Notes: generated by a model not told the origin, from the letters alone. A DNA stretch of 63,634 nucleotides, filler included, from Octopus bimaculoides (GCF_001194135.2; 6 parts of 4 records of this genome joined end to end with filler, not necessarily neighbours in it), one strand, 5' to 3'; positions 37,838-53,120 are shown, counted from the first letter of the whole stretch. Made by a program: numbers and translations.

Positions 37838-38910
37838 GACGTTAAACGAATATTAAGCTATGTTCGTTGTGTCCTTCATTCATGCATGTAAATTTTTGAA
37901 ACGTGACTTTCTATTCATTGCTTTCTGTTTGAATGGACGTTAAAGAAAACATTAAACTGTGTACATTCTATCTTTTATTCATACATAGTGGATTAATAAG
38001 AAAATTTATTAAACGTGTCTTGCTGTTCACAGTTTGGCGTAAGAACGGACATGAAACTATAAACCAAGGTCTGCGCAACGTGTCTTTTAGTCATGCATGT
38101 TGTATCGTGTACAATATTTATCAAACGTGTCTCTCTGCTTACCGTTTTGATTAGACAAGGACGCTAAACGAAACATCAAGTTGTGTCTATTCTATCCTAT
38201 ATTCAGGCATAGCGCATCAAGATCGAAATTTCTCAAACGTGCATTTCTGGTCCTAGTCTGGAACTCGGAGAGGCGAAACACCAATCCGTTTCTACTCTCT
38301 GTTTTCTTCAGACAAATTGTATCAAGAAATAAGTCTATCAAACAAGTTTCTCTGTTGGTAGTTTGTTGCAAGAAGAGACATTAAATGGAACGTCTAATCG
38401 TATCCCTTCTGTCTTTTCTTCAAACGTAATCCATGAAGAACTAAATTTATCAAATAAAATTTTCATGTCAGTTTTGAGATGACACGCGAAATATTGAACT
38501 ACGTTCGTTGTGTCTTTTATTGAAAAGTAGCTCGCCAAGTACTAAATTTTATCAAATGTCTGTTTATGTTTGCATTTTGGAACGAGGAAGCGTTTTCAAC
38601 GAAATATCAAGCTACATGTATTCTGTATATTATTTAGACAATATACCCCAAGTACTAAATTTATCAAACATGACTGTCTATTCACAATTTTGAGATTCGA
38701 GGGGCGTTCAACGAAGCATCAAGCTACATCACATTTTTATTTTATTTAGACGCATTGTATCAAGAACAAAATTTAACTAATGTGTTTACACATACACAGT
38801 TTGTTGCTGGGAGAAACATGAAGCGAAGCATCGAGTCGTGTTCATTTTATATTCTATTCAGAAAGGATATATGAATATCTAAATTTATCAAAAACGCATC
38901 TTTTGCACGC
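37838..38910. repeat. Highly diverged tandem array, ~111-bp unit, about 10 copies
   Basis: GACGTTAAACGAAACATCAAGCT....AAATTTATCAAACGTGTCT motifs recur at ~97-112-bp spacing. Confidence 0.75.
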
Positions 38911-39348
38911 TGCTTTTTGCCTTTTTTTTTCTTTTAAGACAGAAAGAACTTCGTGATTTGAATGAGAGATTTCGAAGCCAATTCTTGCAGGTCAAAAGGC
39001 AATTCACTTGTAGGTACCATTCTTGGTTTAGCCTCTTCTTAGAAATATTCAAATTATAAAATCTGGCCTTTCCAATGTCAACACATCGTATTTGCTTAGT
39101 AAATTTCCCTGAAAGACCAGCAAGGTCAATGCTGTATACAAAAATAGAACCTTATAAGGACCCCAGGATCAAATTTGAATAGAAGAATATAAATTGAATG
39201 GTTTACCAATTATATCATATTTGAATATATTACTTATCGGATAAGGTAAGAGTTGCTTTTGTGATATTGTTGCAACTAATCGTATTAGTGGACAATATTT
39301 TAGGACAATTTTTAAATGCGGTTGTTACAATCATCATCATCATCATCG

Positions 39349-39386
<38 letters not shown>

Positions 39387-39447
39387 GCAGTTGTCGATGC
39401 CGTTGTTGTTAATGTTGTTGCTGCTGTTGACTACGACGACGATGGTA

Positions 39448-39478
<31 letters not shown>

Positions 39479-40117
39479 CGATGACGATGACGATGAAGAA
39501 GAGGATGACGATGACGATGACGATAATGATCATGATCATGATGATGATGCTTATGATGATGGTGGCGGTGGTGGTGGTGGTGGTGGTGGTGGTGGTTATG
39601 ATGATGCAGTCATTATCGTTGTTGTTATAGCAGTAGCTGTTGTTGCTGCTGCCGCTGTTATTCATGGTGATTATGTCGAAGACGACGACAACGACGACGA
39701 TGACGCTGACAATGACAACGATCATGATGGCTATCGTCGTTGCCGCTCTTTTTGCTATTGTATTACTTTCACCGCCATCATTATTGTTGTTGCGAAAAAC
39801 TGCAGAGATTTGTTTCCTCCCGTTGTTCCTTTGTTGATTTTTTTCTCTTTCTATTTGTCTAGTTTTTATTTACATTTCGAAATACTAGAAAGTATAGCAG
39901 CAAGCAATATTCTAATAGAACAAAAGAAATAGATATACCTGTTGCTGCTGATATAAATATACAGTGCTATATCCAGGCACACATTAACTGGAATACCTAA
40001 CTACAAGGCATGAAAAAAAAACTAGGAATATCTTTAATTGGACAACGAGTAACAGGGAGCTCTAGACATTCGTAATTTTAATTAATTTAATGAATTTTAA
40101 TTAATAAGGCTTCGTGA

Positions 40118-40550
40118 AGGCGATGAGCTGACGAAATCGTTACAGTGTCGGGTAAAATGCTTTGCTTCATTTCGTACGTCTTTACGTTCTGAGTTCGACC
40201 GCAGAGGTCGACTTTGCTTTTCATCCTTTCGGGGTCGATGAAATAAGTACCAGTAGAGCACTAGGTTCGATGTAATTGGCTAGGTCTCTCCCTCAAAATT
40301 ACAGGCCTTGTGTCTATAGAAATGGGTATTAATTATGCGGTGAGCTGGTAGAATCGTTATCACGCCGGACAAAATGCTTAGAATTTTGTTCGATTTTACA
40401 TCTTAGGCTCAAATCCCGCCGGAGTCAACCTTGCCTTTCATCCTATCGAGGTCGATAAAATAAGTACTATGTGAACACTAGTGTCGGTCTACTCCAGGGT
40501 TGACTTGATCTCGCCACTGAAATTGCCGGATATTTGCCGACATTTAAAAC
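40118..40550 (+). mobile_element. SINE family A, two head-to-tail copies
   Basis: GCGATGAGCTGACGAAATCGTTA... and GCGGTGAGCTGGTAGAATCGTTA... heads with the family core. Confidence 0.82.
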
Positions 40551-41165
40551 CAAACTCATATCACGATTTAAATTAGTTGCACATAGATTACCTTGAATTG
40601 CGTTTAATGAGAGCTTCCTTTAATAAAACACAACGTACATAATTCCTCTCAGAAGAAAATAAGCAGAAACATATTCATCAAGATAATACTCTAAGATTGT
40701 CTTAGTCAACAGCTATTTCTATATTAAGAGTATATTTTGGTATTTCCAAGAGACATAGCGATTCCTGTCATTCAGACCAACAACACAGAATGAAAATAGC
40801 TTTCCAACGGCAACAGTCATGTCCGTTGGGGAATACATTTCTGCTGCATTATTAAATGTGTCTTTCACTTAAAGATGATGAAAGGTTCATAAGAAATTAG
40901 AGCTATCTCTGTATTCTGTATAAACCATCCACCCCCACCACACACGCTCACACTTGAGCGAGTGCACAAATGCACACACACATATACTTACACAATTATT
41001 TTTTACCTTTTTTTATTTGTTTCATTCATTGGACCTCGGCCATTGTGGGGCCGTGAAGGGTTTAATGAAATATATCAATACTTATTATAATGAGGCTATA
41101 CATAAAACATCACCAATTGGCAAGCGGTCGTTGGAGATAAGCGCACACACACAAACATACATAGG

Positions 41166-41240
<75 letters not shown>

Positions 41241-41254
41241 ATATCCATCTAGTG

Positions 41255-41510
41255 TGTGTGAATTTGGTAGACGGAAACTCAAAGTAGCTTGTCGTATGTG
41301 TGTGTGTATGTTTATGCGCCTGTGTTTGCCACCACCATTGCTTGACAACAGATGTTGGTGTCTTTACCTCCCCATAAACTAGCGGTTCGGCAAAACAGAC
41401 CGATAGAATAAGTACTAGGCTTACATAGAATGAGTCGCGGGGTCGATTTGTTCGACTAAAAAGCAGTGCTCCAGTATGGCCGCAGTCAAATGACTGAAAT
41501 CAATAAAAGA
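41255..41510 (+). mobile_element. SINE family B 3' half
   Basis: GGTAGACGGAAACT...GCAGTGCTCCAGTATGGCCGCAGTCAAATGACTGAAA. Confidence 0.8.
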
Positions 41511-42089
41511 ATTTAAAAAAAAGAATACATGTATATATTTATGTGTGTTTGTGTGTGTGTGTGTGTGTGTACGTGTGTGTGTGAGACTGTGTATGTATAC
41601 TTGTGTGACTGTGTGCATATACATGTGTGACTGTGTGTGTACACATATGTGTGTATCAGCGTGTATTTGCCTCTCATCGGAGGCAAAGCTCGGTTACTTG
41701 CATTAAAACATTTGCTTCAGAATATCCCAGCGATCATCTTACAAAGGAAATGTTTTAATTTAATGGTAAATATTTGCTCACGTAACGCAGCATCTCGTAA
41801 AACGAATTACATCGTTCTTACAAATCTGCTTAGTGGATTTATTACTATGTCCTTTCTTAGATAACAATGCGCATCAATAGTTCTGTACTTTCAATATGGA
41901 TTAACACCAGTCGAGATAAAATCTCTATGAAAACGTTTGCTTTTCTTCCTTGTTTGATGTCTGGATCAGTTTCAATGTCTTTTCAGTTTGATATCACCGA
42001 TTGTATGTTTAACTTTTCTCTTTTAATTGCCCTGGTCAAGGGACTTCGGCTATGTTGGATTACATTGGATTATTAGATTAGATTAGATA

Positions 42090-42470
42090 GACAGGATTGT
42101 GTGGTTAAAAATCACAGCTTGAAACCAAATGATCTTGGTTTCAGTCCCACCACGTGATACCTTGGCCAGATCTTTTCTAGCATAACCACCGGGATAAGAA
42201 ATGCTTCGTGAACGAATTTCTAATACGGAAACTGTGTGGAATCCTGAATTAAATATGCATGAGTGTGCGTGTAAGCATGTGTGTGTGAGTATACGTGTCT
42301 TTGTGTTTCCGTTTGCTCCACAACACCTCCGCGACATCTACGTTTGTTTACATGCCTGTATGAATAAGTAGACTTTTAAACATAAATATGCTGGGTTCGT
42401 TTGTTCGACGAACCGTTGAAGGTGGTGCCTCGGAATGGCCGCAGTCCTATGACTAAGACAGGTAAACAAG
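42090..42470 (+). mobile_element. SINE family B (old, diverged)
   Basis: Degenerate head GGATTGTGTGGTTAA...GGTTTCAGTCCCACC and tail GGTGGTGCCTCGGAATGGCCGCAGTC. Confidence 0.7.
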
Positions 42471-43471
42471 CAGAAAAAATTATAAGCATATATACATTCA
42501 TATACACACACACACATATATATAATGTATATATGTATATATATGTATATGTATGCATATATATATACATGTATATGTGTATATATATGTATACATATGT
42601 ATATATGTATATACATCTCTCTCTGTCTGTCAATATATATATATATATATATATANNNNNNNNNNNNNNNNNNNNNNNNNNNNNNNNNNNNNNNNNNNNN
42701 TGTGAGTGTATATACACGCGCATGCCTATATATGTGTATGTGTTTCTGTTAGTTTGTATTGTTCCACGCCTATATGATCCTACGTCCGAATCTATAATTG
42801 TTTGTATTTGTTACTTTTCATCACGTCTCATCTATTGTGGCTATTTACAGATAAACTCCCGTCTATTTGAAGGTGAGAGACACAGCCGGACGGAAAGGGA
42901 CAGATAGAGAAAGAGAAAGAGTAAGAGGAACAGGAGAGGAAAGATTTTATGGGAGAGAGAAGAAAAATGCGTGAGATTATATTATGTATGTTATGAGAGA
43001 AATATATGAAATTTGAAAGAGAAGCACAAAGAGTGAGAGAGAGACCTTGAAAGACACAGATAAAGGGAAATGGTGGCGAAGAACATAATTGTGCGGAGAC
43101 TTCAAAAGTGAGAGAGAAATTATGAAAGAGACAGAAAGGGCTTTGTGAGAAACAAAGAAAATGGACGATTTGAGAGAAACATACGAGAATTGTAGAAGAG
43201 GAGAGAAAATTTGACAAAAAAAAAAAAAAAGAAGAACGGAGAGTAGAAAAAATAAAATGCGAAAGCAAGAAAGCGGGAGGGAGAAAATCAGAGACGTACA
43301 CACGAAGAAAGAGAAATAAAAGAGAGTGAGTAATAAAGGGAGGTAAACAAAAGGAGAAATTGATAGATTAGCGAGAATGGTTTTAATATTGTGTAGTGTA
43401 TATGAGAGAAATAGAGGTTTAAAGAGGAAACGAACAGAGAGGGAGAAAACGAAAGACAGACACAGAGAGGG

Positions 43472-43537
<66 letters not shown>

Positions 43538-44438
43538 NNNNNNNNNNNNNNNNNNNNNNNNNNNNNNNNNNNNNNNNNNNNNNNNNNNNNNNNNNNNNNN
43601 NNNNNNNNNNNNNNNNNNNNNNNNNNNNNNNNNNNNNNNNNNNNNNNNNNNNNNNNNNNNNNNNNNNNNNNNNNNNNNNNNNNNNNNNNNNNNNNNNNNN
43701 NNNNNNNNNNNNNNNNNNNNNNNNNNNNNNNNNNNNNNNNNNNNNNNNNNNNNNNNNNNNNNNNNNNNNNNNNNNNNNNNNNNNNNNNNNNNNNNNNNNN
43801 NNNNNNNNNNNNNNNNNNNNNNNNNNNNNNNNNNNNNNNNNNNNNNNNNNNNNNNNNNNNNNNNNNNNNNNNNNNNNNNNNNNNNNNNNNNNNNNNNNNN
43901 NNNNNNNNNNNNNNNNNNNNNNNNNNNNNNNNNNNNNNNNNNNNNNNNNNNNNNNNNNNNNNNNNNNNNNNNNNNNNNNNNNNNNNNNNNNNNNNNNNNN
44001 NNNNNNNNNNNNNNNNNNNNNNNNNNNNNNNNNNNNNNNNNNNNNNNNNNNNNTGTGTGTGTGTGTGTGTGTTTGTGTGTGTGTATGTGTGTGTGTGTAG
44101 GTATAGAGCAATAGATATAAATACTTTTCATTCTAAGAAAAAAATGTATATATGTAAGTATGTATGTATGTATGTATAAAACTTCAGAAGCATTGAATTA
44201 AAATGCATAAACATAGTATTTAGACGTACTTTTATGTGTGTATGAGTGTATGTGTGTGTGTGTAACTGTGTGTGTACGCGTTTGTATGTGTGTTTGTCTG
44301 TTTGTGTGTGTGTGCGTGTAAATGTATATCCTATTATGCATTCATAAGAATTGGGGCCCCCTTGACGCCAGAAATGAAGGCACAAATCATTTATCGGCTA
44401 CATAACGTTTGTATACAATTTCATTGATAAACACACCT

Positions 44439-44487
<49 letters not shown>

Positions 44488-44497
44488 NNNNNNNNNN

Positions 44498-44585
<88 letters not shown>

Positions 44586-45648
44586 GTACGTGTGATTGTG
44601 TGTATGCGTGACAGTAAGTGTGTGGGTGTGTATTGCTGTGTTTACGTATGTATGTCCATCATACTACAGAGAATGACAAAAGATGCAGAAGATAGGAAAC
44701 GATGCAGCTGAGAGTGAATGACTGAATCCGTATATAAACAAACAGGATTACATTGAAATCATGAAATATAAATAATTGTATTTTGACTCCACGACCTACC
44801 AGCCGTGACCTTCTCCTTTTCTATCGATTGTTTCCTTATTTACTGTCGCTCTTTTGCCTAAGAAACATGAACTAAAAACTATCGACGACTCATCTCGAAT
44901 ATTTCGACTCCGCAAGGCGCTGAACAAGCAGAATAGGGGTCGATAAAATAAGTACCAGTTACGCACTGCAGTCAATGTGATCACCAAGTCTCCTCCTCCA
45001 AAATTTCCCCTTGTGCCTATAATAGAAAGCGTTATTATCATTATTATTATTGTTGTTATTCTTTTTGTTGTTTTTATTATTATTCATATTTTCGTGTCGA
45101 TAGTTTAATTACCATTGAAATACTGGGTTCGGTGGACCCTTCTCGAAACTTCAAGATACGTCGATTTTTTCCTCTCAATTTCGTCTTGCTATGCATTTTT
45201 GTATCGAGGTCTATATCAGAAGATAATGACTCAGATTTTCGGGACAGCTACACTAACTGAACTCAAAACCACAGGATTCGAAAGTGAACCATTCATCCGA
45301 GTGTGTATGTATATAAATACGTATGTATGTATATAAGTACGTACGTTTGTATGTATGTATAGATAAAAACAGATATACATATAACCGTATATATATTACA
45401 CATGTATACTTGTATATGTAAGTGTGTGTGTGCGATTGTGTGTATGTGCGTGTTTGTGTGATTGGTTGTGTATGTATGCGTATGTAAGTATATTTGCATG
45501 CATGAAATACTCAAATTATGTATATAATTTACTCTTTGAATGTAAGAGCACATACTATTCTCGAAATTAAAATTGAATTCAAACTATTTTATGCAAATTG
45601 ATATGTACTCTATTTATAAAAGCACAAATATATATATACACACATTTT

Positions 45649-45685
<37 letters not shown>

Positions 45686-46458
45686 TCGTATATGTGTACA
45701 TATATGTGTGTTTGTGCGTGTGTGTGTAAATTTATATATATATATATATAATTCTGTATATTAATATATATATATGTATTAATATATGCATGCATCTATA
45801 TATATAAATCTATGTATATCTCCACAATGCAGGCAGGATATTATCTATTAAGTCTTTATAAACATACATACTATTTATGGAACCTACATTGAATTCAGAA
45901 TATTCAATAGAAATATCCATCTTCTATATCTGTTCCCCTACTCTATCTTTCATATCAAGTTGTTTTATCTACGTAAAGATACATCTTAGAATATATTGCA
46001 AATTAAAAAGATCCGATAAAATATGTATAGATGATAAAGAGCGTATGAGTGTCTTTTATTGAAATCCCAGATGAGATATCCAGATTTCTATACATTTTCT
46101 ATCTGAGTCAAATGTATAAGGAAATTTTTGTTGGTTCGAAATTCAAGTTTCGCCTAACGGTCTTAGCAATCGCCCATTCATTGAATACGATGTGCCAGCG
46201 AACACGAAATTGAATATGCTGAAAGCAGAGGATCGATCAAAATTCTACAACTTGGTATTTTTATCTTCCGAAAACCAGAATTTCAACTTTTAATTCACCT
46301 GGAGGAGACGTATTATGTTTCTCACGATGTAATCGAATTTATTCATCAATAATTATATNNNNNNNNNNNNNNNNNNNNNNNNNNNNNNNNNNNNNNNNNN
46401 NNTTAATTAATTAANNNNNNNNNNNNNNNNNNNNNNNNNNNNNNNNNNNNNNNNNNNN

Positions 46459-46505
<47 letters not shown>

Positions 46506-48419
46506 TTTGCGCATACTTACATGCATAAATACATATATATATATATGTGTATATACATATGTAGTTATGTGTGCGTATGTGTATATATATACATATATAT
46601 ATACACACACACGCACACTCACGTAAACATATTTATACATATATGTGTATAGGTATATATGCATGCATATTTAGATGGATATGCGTTAGAATACTAAGTA
46701 TATTTGCTGTTCTTATTCGCATAACGCATCCTGTTATTAGAAATCTTTTTAGATGTTTACTCATAGTAAAAGCTATTTGTCTCCACTATCTCCACCAAAA
46801 GCGAAGTTTCTCTTCTGTTTTTTTTGTTTTGTTTTCCCTGTCGTTTACTTCTGCCCTTTTTATACTCGTATATGCGTACATTGTTTTGCAATTCCTACGT
46901 ACATAAATGCGTATCTCCGTGTGTATATGTAAGTGGGTCTTTGTACACAGATGCGCTTACATACATGCATGTATACACATGCACAGAAGCTTCAGAGAGA
47001 ATCGTAAGTCTCCTGGGTAGCGTTCTTGTTATGTCACACTGGTTTTAAAGAATAGTAAACTTTTATACTGTTGATATTCGTTGTATGCCAAATTATAGGA
47101 TATATTGACAAAGAAGTTCTTCAAAGTCGATAACTATTCCCATCCAACACAACCATCACCACCAAACATCTCGCCCTATGATCTTGCTTTAATATAGATG
47201 GGTTTTTTTTTGTCTTTTTCCTTTTGTTTTGCTTTATTTTGTGTGTTTGTGTTTTAAATCTAAAGGGACTGAATATACGTTACAATGACAATTGTTTGGA
47301 CTTTTTTCTATCGTAACACAAGTATGTTACCACTGACTATATATTTCCAAACTTTATACTTCTAGCGAACATTCGGCATGAGTTTTGATTTTAGTGTGTG
47401 ATACACTTGATAATCTAGACATGTAAAAATTATTTGTTCTTGTGAGATGATAAGATGTTCGTTCACTAAAACGATATATATGTATCAGACGGAGACGGAC
47501 TGATACTCATAGACAGAAAAGCAATTTAAAATTTCCCGAAACACTTGATGCGGTTGATCGATGATGATTTTTATCTGCTTCTTAGTTGTCGTCTTTCAAC
47601 TCTGACATTTACGATTAATCTGAATTGTGCCATTTAATCTCATATTTATGTGTTTACTTTTTTCTAGTCAAGGATGCTAGACAAACGGAAGCACAATATT
47701 ACTTCTTGAAAAAGATTATCTATAATAATCTGGGCCCTACATTGAAGCAACGCCTTTACGTTTTGGAGTTAATAGGTTGTAGTGTCGGATAAAAGTACTG
47801 TCTGTATTTGTTCTAGATCTCTACACTCTGAGATCAAATACCACTGAGGTATAATTCTCCTATAAATAAAGTTCTCATCAAGAACAATCCATTTGCAGAA
47901 TTGTTGAAGCAGGAGATTAGAAGTCGTACTATATATGTTTTAACCCTTCGTGATAATTGTCCAAATCATATCCAGACGCTGATAGTCAGGATTAATCTTC
48001 TAATTAATGCAGAATCCTTTCGAAATATCCCGGACCTGCCTGGACAGATAGATATACAAACACAAAAATAATAATAAAACGAACAATGTGACGAGGAGGC
48101 TTCATTCATAAGTGTATTGAAAACGTTTCAATGAAATCTAAAGACTTGCACTATTATCGGAGATATAAGTGACGTATTTCGCCTTCCACTTATGTAGTTT
48201 CATTGACAGATATCAAACGGAAATATATCAGCATTGTTGTTGGTGTTGGTATTAGGTCAGATTTGAACAAGCATATATTATTTCATGACCTTCACTATAT
48301 TATTGTTGTATTTTCTTTATTACACATTTTCTTTGTCTTTAGAAGTGGCTGTCTAGGATCCCAATAACGAATGTATTCATACTGATTGACATTTGAGTGC
48401 TATATCTGTCAAGTTGAGT

Positions 48420-49360
48420 TTTGCTGAAAAGTATTTCTAGCCTCAGGCCCTCTCACATGAAGAGCATGTTTGATCAGTGGCGTTTCAGTTTTTATTGTTT
48501 TGAATCTGGAGTGACGGCATTGTTTTAAGTATCCTCTTAAATTCCATAAGTTAAGGGGTAATTTCAGTGAAATATAGTTACTAGTTTTTACAGAGTGAAA
48601 CAGCAAATCAGATGTGTTTTCTTCCTTTGATACACTAGATCAGTGCTATAGAAACAACCTAATCATATACGAGAGGTTAATAACACAGTATAATTAAAGT
48701 TCCTGTTACAGATTTAAGTTTATATACCCTTTTCACTTACATGCTATAGAATGTTTCCATTAAGTGTATAAATGAAACGTTTTTCTTTTCCTTGCAAAGG
48801 CACATGGTTAATGGTCACTTTTTTCTGCCTATTATCTTATGTACGTGGCCTCGAATTCTGAACTGAATGGAGGGTGGTTTTACGTATCAAGCACTACTTT
48901 TCTCATGGCAATTTTGCTGTTTTGAATTTTGACCATACCTGATTGCTTACTTCCAGCCAATCTGAATGTCAGTTACATCCTAGGCTCCCTGATGGGTAAG
49001 GTGAGGAGGATGTTTCTATTAGTGTTCATAAAACAGTTTACACAGCATATAACAACTACATGTAACAACTAACAACACAAAGCCGCTAGCTAACGGCAAA
49101 AGTATATTACATATATAAACATATTATCAGGATTATAAATATTCTGCAGTCTTTGGACTAATTTGGACAGAAAAACAGTACTGGAGGAATATATTTCGTC
49201 ACGGACAAGTGACTTTTGTAAATGGGCCCTTGCAAGTGTACGTGATAGATGGAAGAGCATTGTAGAAAAGGAAGGAGAGTATATTTTAGATTAAAAAAGA
49301 ACTTTGTATTAATTTTGAAAAATAAATGAGGTGTATATGATTTACATTAATTCCGCGTAT
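48420..49360 (+). mobile_element. Decayed mariner transposase remnant
   Basis: 49151-49291 reads LEEYISSRTSDFCKWALASVRDRWKSIVEKEGEYILD* (mariner C-terminus). HP..SPD-like remnant at ~48973-48993; FESG-like HTH remnant near 48500. Confidence 0.6.
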
Positions 49361-50631
49361 ACATATATATATATGTGTGTGTGTGTATGTGTGTTTGTTC
49401 GTAACTACGTGCATCTCTATGCATTTATATGCAAATAATATATACACACAAACACACACGCATAGACAGACAGACACACACATATAAACATACATATATA
49501 TTTTATATATATATATATATATATATNNNNNNNNNNNNNNNNNNNNNNNNNNNNNNNNNNNNNNNNNNNNNNNNNNNNNNNNNNNNNNNNNNNNNNNNNN
49601 NNNNNNNNNNNNNNNNNNNNNNNNNNNNNNNNNNNNNNNNACACACACACACATATATATATGCATGTGTGTGTATGTGTGTTTGTTCGTAACTACGTGC
49701 ATCTCTATGCATTTATATGCAAATAATATATACACACATTTACCATCAATGATAAAATCTATATGGGATTGTATACCTATAAATATTTTTCAGTCTATCT
49801 CTATGTGATAAATAAAGTAATTTTAGGACCATTTGGCGTCTGCTTGTAGCAAGTGGCGCTACTCAGTAGTTGCCCTTATTATGATTATATATACATACAC
49901 ATACACACGCACACTGACACACACACAAACACACACACACATATATATATGCATGTGTGTGTATGTATATATATAAATGTATGTATATATGCATGATTAG
50001 GTTATTTGATTAACGCCATTATTTCTTGTATTGCAATCGCGTTCCGATAATATTACTCCGTCCACAACGTATTTTAGATTATTTGGTCGCGTCATCATCA
50101 CCATCTTTATTACTATCATCATCGTCGTCGTCATAATCATCATCACATACGTGAACATCATCAATAGTATCAACAAATTATATCTAATTTCGTTACTGAA
50201 TTTTCAAATTTGTTTACATATATTTCAAAATTACATTCTCATTATAGTCACTTCATTACATCTCTATTAATTCTGTTGTATAAACAAAGTACACAGCTAG
50301 AGACACTCAACGCAGTCTTAGAAGAGGTATTATTCACCATGTATATGGGTTATTGGCATTAATCATAACGGATAACTACGAAATTGTTAATTTACGTCTG
50401 CGTTTGAGAGAACCTTCTCATTTAATCGACATAAAACCTCGGCTATTTACTTATTCCTATCGTCCTGATAATATTTATACATGTAAATGTATAACTAAAT
50501 TATTAGGTATAGCTATAACATTACATGAAAATCTTTAATCTAAACTTATACAGTTTCAATTTTCAAGTGTGTTTACGTATATGTGAGTATGTCTTCAAAT
50601 CGAGAAAGACAGACACACAAACAGATGTGTG

Positions 50632-50636
<5 letters not shown>

Positions 50637-50667
<31 letters not shown>

Positions 50668-50682
50668 TGTATGTATGTATGT

Positions 50683-50749
<67 letters not shown>

Positions 50750-50763
50750 CATGGATAGATAGG

Positions 50764-50817
<54 letters not shown>

Positions 50818-50833
50818 TATAGATAGATAGATA
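50637..50833. repeat. (GTAT)n-(GATA)n tetranucleotide microsatellite; others at 41167-41239 and 52070-52103 (TCTA)n, plus many (TA)n/(CA)n tracts
   Basis: Directly visible. Confidence 0.95.
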
Positions 50834-51119
50834 GAGACAGAAACAGAGAAATAATGAAATTTTTATGTTTGTGTGTTTCTTATATTTATTGCTAGAATAT
50901 TTTCATAAATTCAGCCATGGCTGTTATTTTAATATCATAAATAAAACTCATTATTATTATTTGTAAGAAAGTATATGCACGTCAGCAACTGAACACAATA
51001 TTTGAAATTAATAATATATTTTCAACTTCCATTGCCATGTCTAACTACTATGCACTATTTGTATTACTCAGATGATGGAGTAATTAACCTTGGATATATG
51101 TATATATACGTATATAAAT

Positions 51120-51157
<38 letters not shown>

Positions 51158-52070
51158 AAGACAGAGGCAGTCAGGAAAAAGGAAAATATCCCTTGCATTT
51201 GAAAGCTATGGATATATTAAAAAAAAAAAAATTTACTTTTCCTACAATTTCAGTGTTTTTCAAGTTGAAAAAGTCGCAACGACTGAAACCGGTACTAAAA
51301 TGCTCTTCTTGATAAAAATATATTTCAACATTTTCTACCTTGTCATATTTTCATTATATACATATATATGCCACTACAAAAAGAAAAGGTTAAATAAAGA
51401 AAACTTATATATGCATGAATGAAGCAACTTGCCTTTCGCGATAATTTTCGAGTGTAACAATAAATGTAGCACCAATACCAATTTTTCTAAACTTAATATT
51501 AAAAATATATTATAATATGTCTTTAAAACGTTTAATTTTGTAGAAGCATAATATTAATATTCTATTTGAGCAATTTCATTCTTTACCTACCTCTTCGGTT
51601 TCGTTTCTTTTGTGTGTGTTTGTGTATGTGTGTGTATGTGTGTGTGTGTGTGTATGTGCGTGTGTGCGTGCGTATTCTTTTGTATGTATGTGCCTGTGGG
51701 GACGTACGATACTATCTTAATATAGCGTGAAGTTCGTTTCTGTGAAATTCTAACTATTTCATTGCATATTGGAAAACAAGTACCTCTTACAAATATGTTA
51801 CAATTCTCCGAAAACAATCTACAAATGATATTTTCTGTGAAATTTCATGAATGTTTACTCCACGATGTTCATCTTTGCTCCAGACATATCCTTGGTTACA
51901 CCTTTGAGTGGACAACGTAAACTTTCCATTTCACACCACACAAAGTTTAGTTGATCTAGACAGAAAATACACCACCTCCTCTTCATTTTCAAACTTAAAA
52001 AGAAATCCTCGATGCATTAGTTTCTCAAGACTTCAAGCCTCTGCCCCTCTGTCGCAGCGTCTCACTATCA

Positions 52071-52123
<53 letters not shown>

Positions 52124-52285
52124 NNNNNNNNNNNNNNNNNNNNNNNNNNNNNNNNNNNNNNNNNNNNNNNNNNNNNNNNNNNNNNNNNNNNNNNNNNNNN
52201 NNNNNNNNNNNNNNNNNNNNNNNNNNNNNNNNNNNNNNNNNNNNNNNNNNNNNNNNNNNNNNATATATATATCAATCTATTTATC

Positions 52286-52586
52286 TGGCTGTGTGGTAAG
52301 TAGGTTGTTTACGAACCACGGGGTTCCGGGATCAGTCCCGCTGCGTGACACCTTGTGCTAGTGTCTTCTACTATAACCTCGGGTCGAAAACAGTCTTGTG
52401 AGTGGATTTGGTGGACGGAAACTGAAAGAAGCCCGTCGTATATATGTATATGTATACACACAAGAGACCGATAGAATTAGTTCTAGGCTTACAAAGAATA
52501 AGTCCTGGTGTCGATTTGCTTGACCAAAGACGGTGCTCCAGCATGGCCACAGTCACATTACTGAAACAAGTAAAAGAGTAAAAGAG
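52286..52586 (+). mobile_element. SINE family B (internal deletion)
   Basis: Head GGCTGTGTGGTAAGTAGG and tail AAGTAAAAGAGTAAAAGAGT. Confidence 0.85.
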
Positions 52587-52604
52587 TATGTATATATATA
52601 TGCG

Positions 52605-52637
<33 letters not shown>

Positions 52638-53085
52638 TAAATACACATACATATATACATAACCATACACAAACATACACGTACGTATGTGCCTATGCAT
52701 ATGTATATGTGTGTGGGTGTCAATGGGCACGTATGTTTATATGTACGAATGTATATATGTAGATACCAAAATGCATAAATATGAAACAACTCTATATAAA
52801 CAAGTAAATATTTATTGAATAAATAAGAAATTGTACACAAACATATTATTTCTATTACTTATTGCTGCCACGAGTTCACAATAAATTTGTTGATATCTAT
52901 ATATCACTCGCCAACGATAAGAAATAATATTTTCTTTATCATAACTACTATTTTTAATTTCATACTTATTTTCATTTGCCAGTCACATTGACGATATTCT
53001 CAATAATCACTTTTGTCCTTCCGTTGTTTCATGTGTACGAAACCTGGGAAACATCAACATCATTTTCAATCAAATACATTCATAT

Positions 53086-53120
<35 letters not shown>

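Noticed and set aside
47668-47792. 41-codon open frame after a good acceptor (VKDARQTEAQYYFLKKIIYNNLGPT...)
   Set aside because: No recognisable motif or partner exon; this length is expected by chance.
48957-49265. Apparent phase-matched exon pair (NLNVSYILGSLM-VFGLIWTEKQYWR...)
   Set aside because: Another frame of the same DNA is a clear mariner C-terminus (RWKSIVEKEGEYILD*) with an HP..SPD remnant, so the exons are better explained as TE debris.
49370-49740. ~75-bp direct duplication flanking an N gap
   Set aside because: Near-identical sequence on both sides of a gap is most simply a contig-overlap/haplotype artefact.
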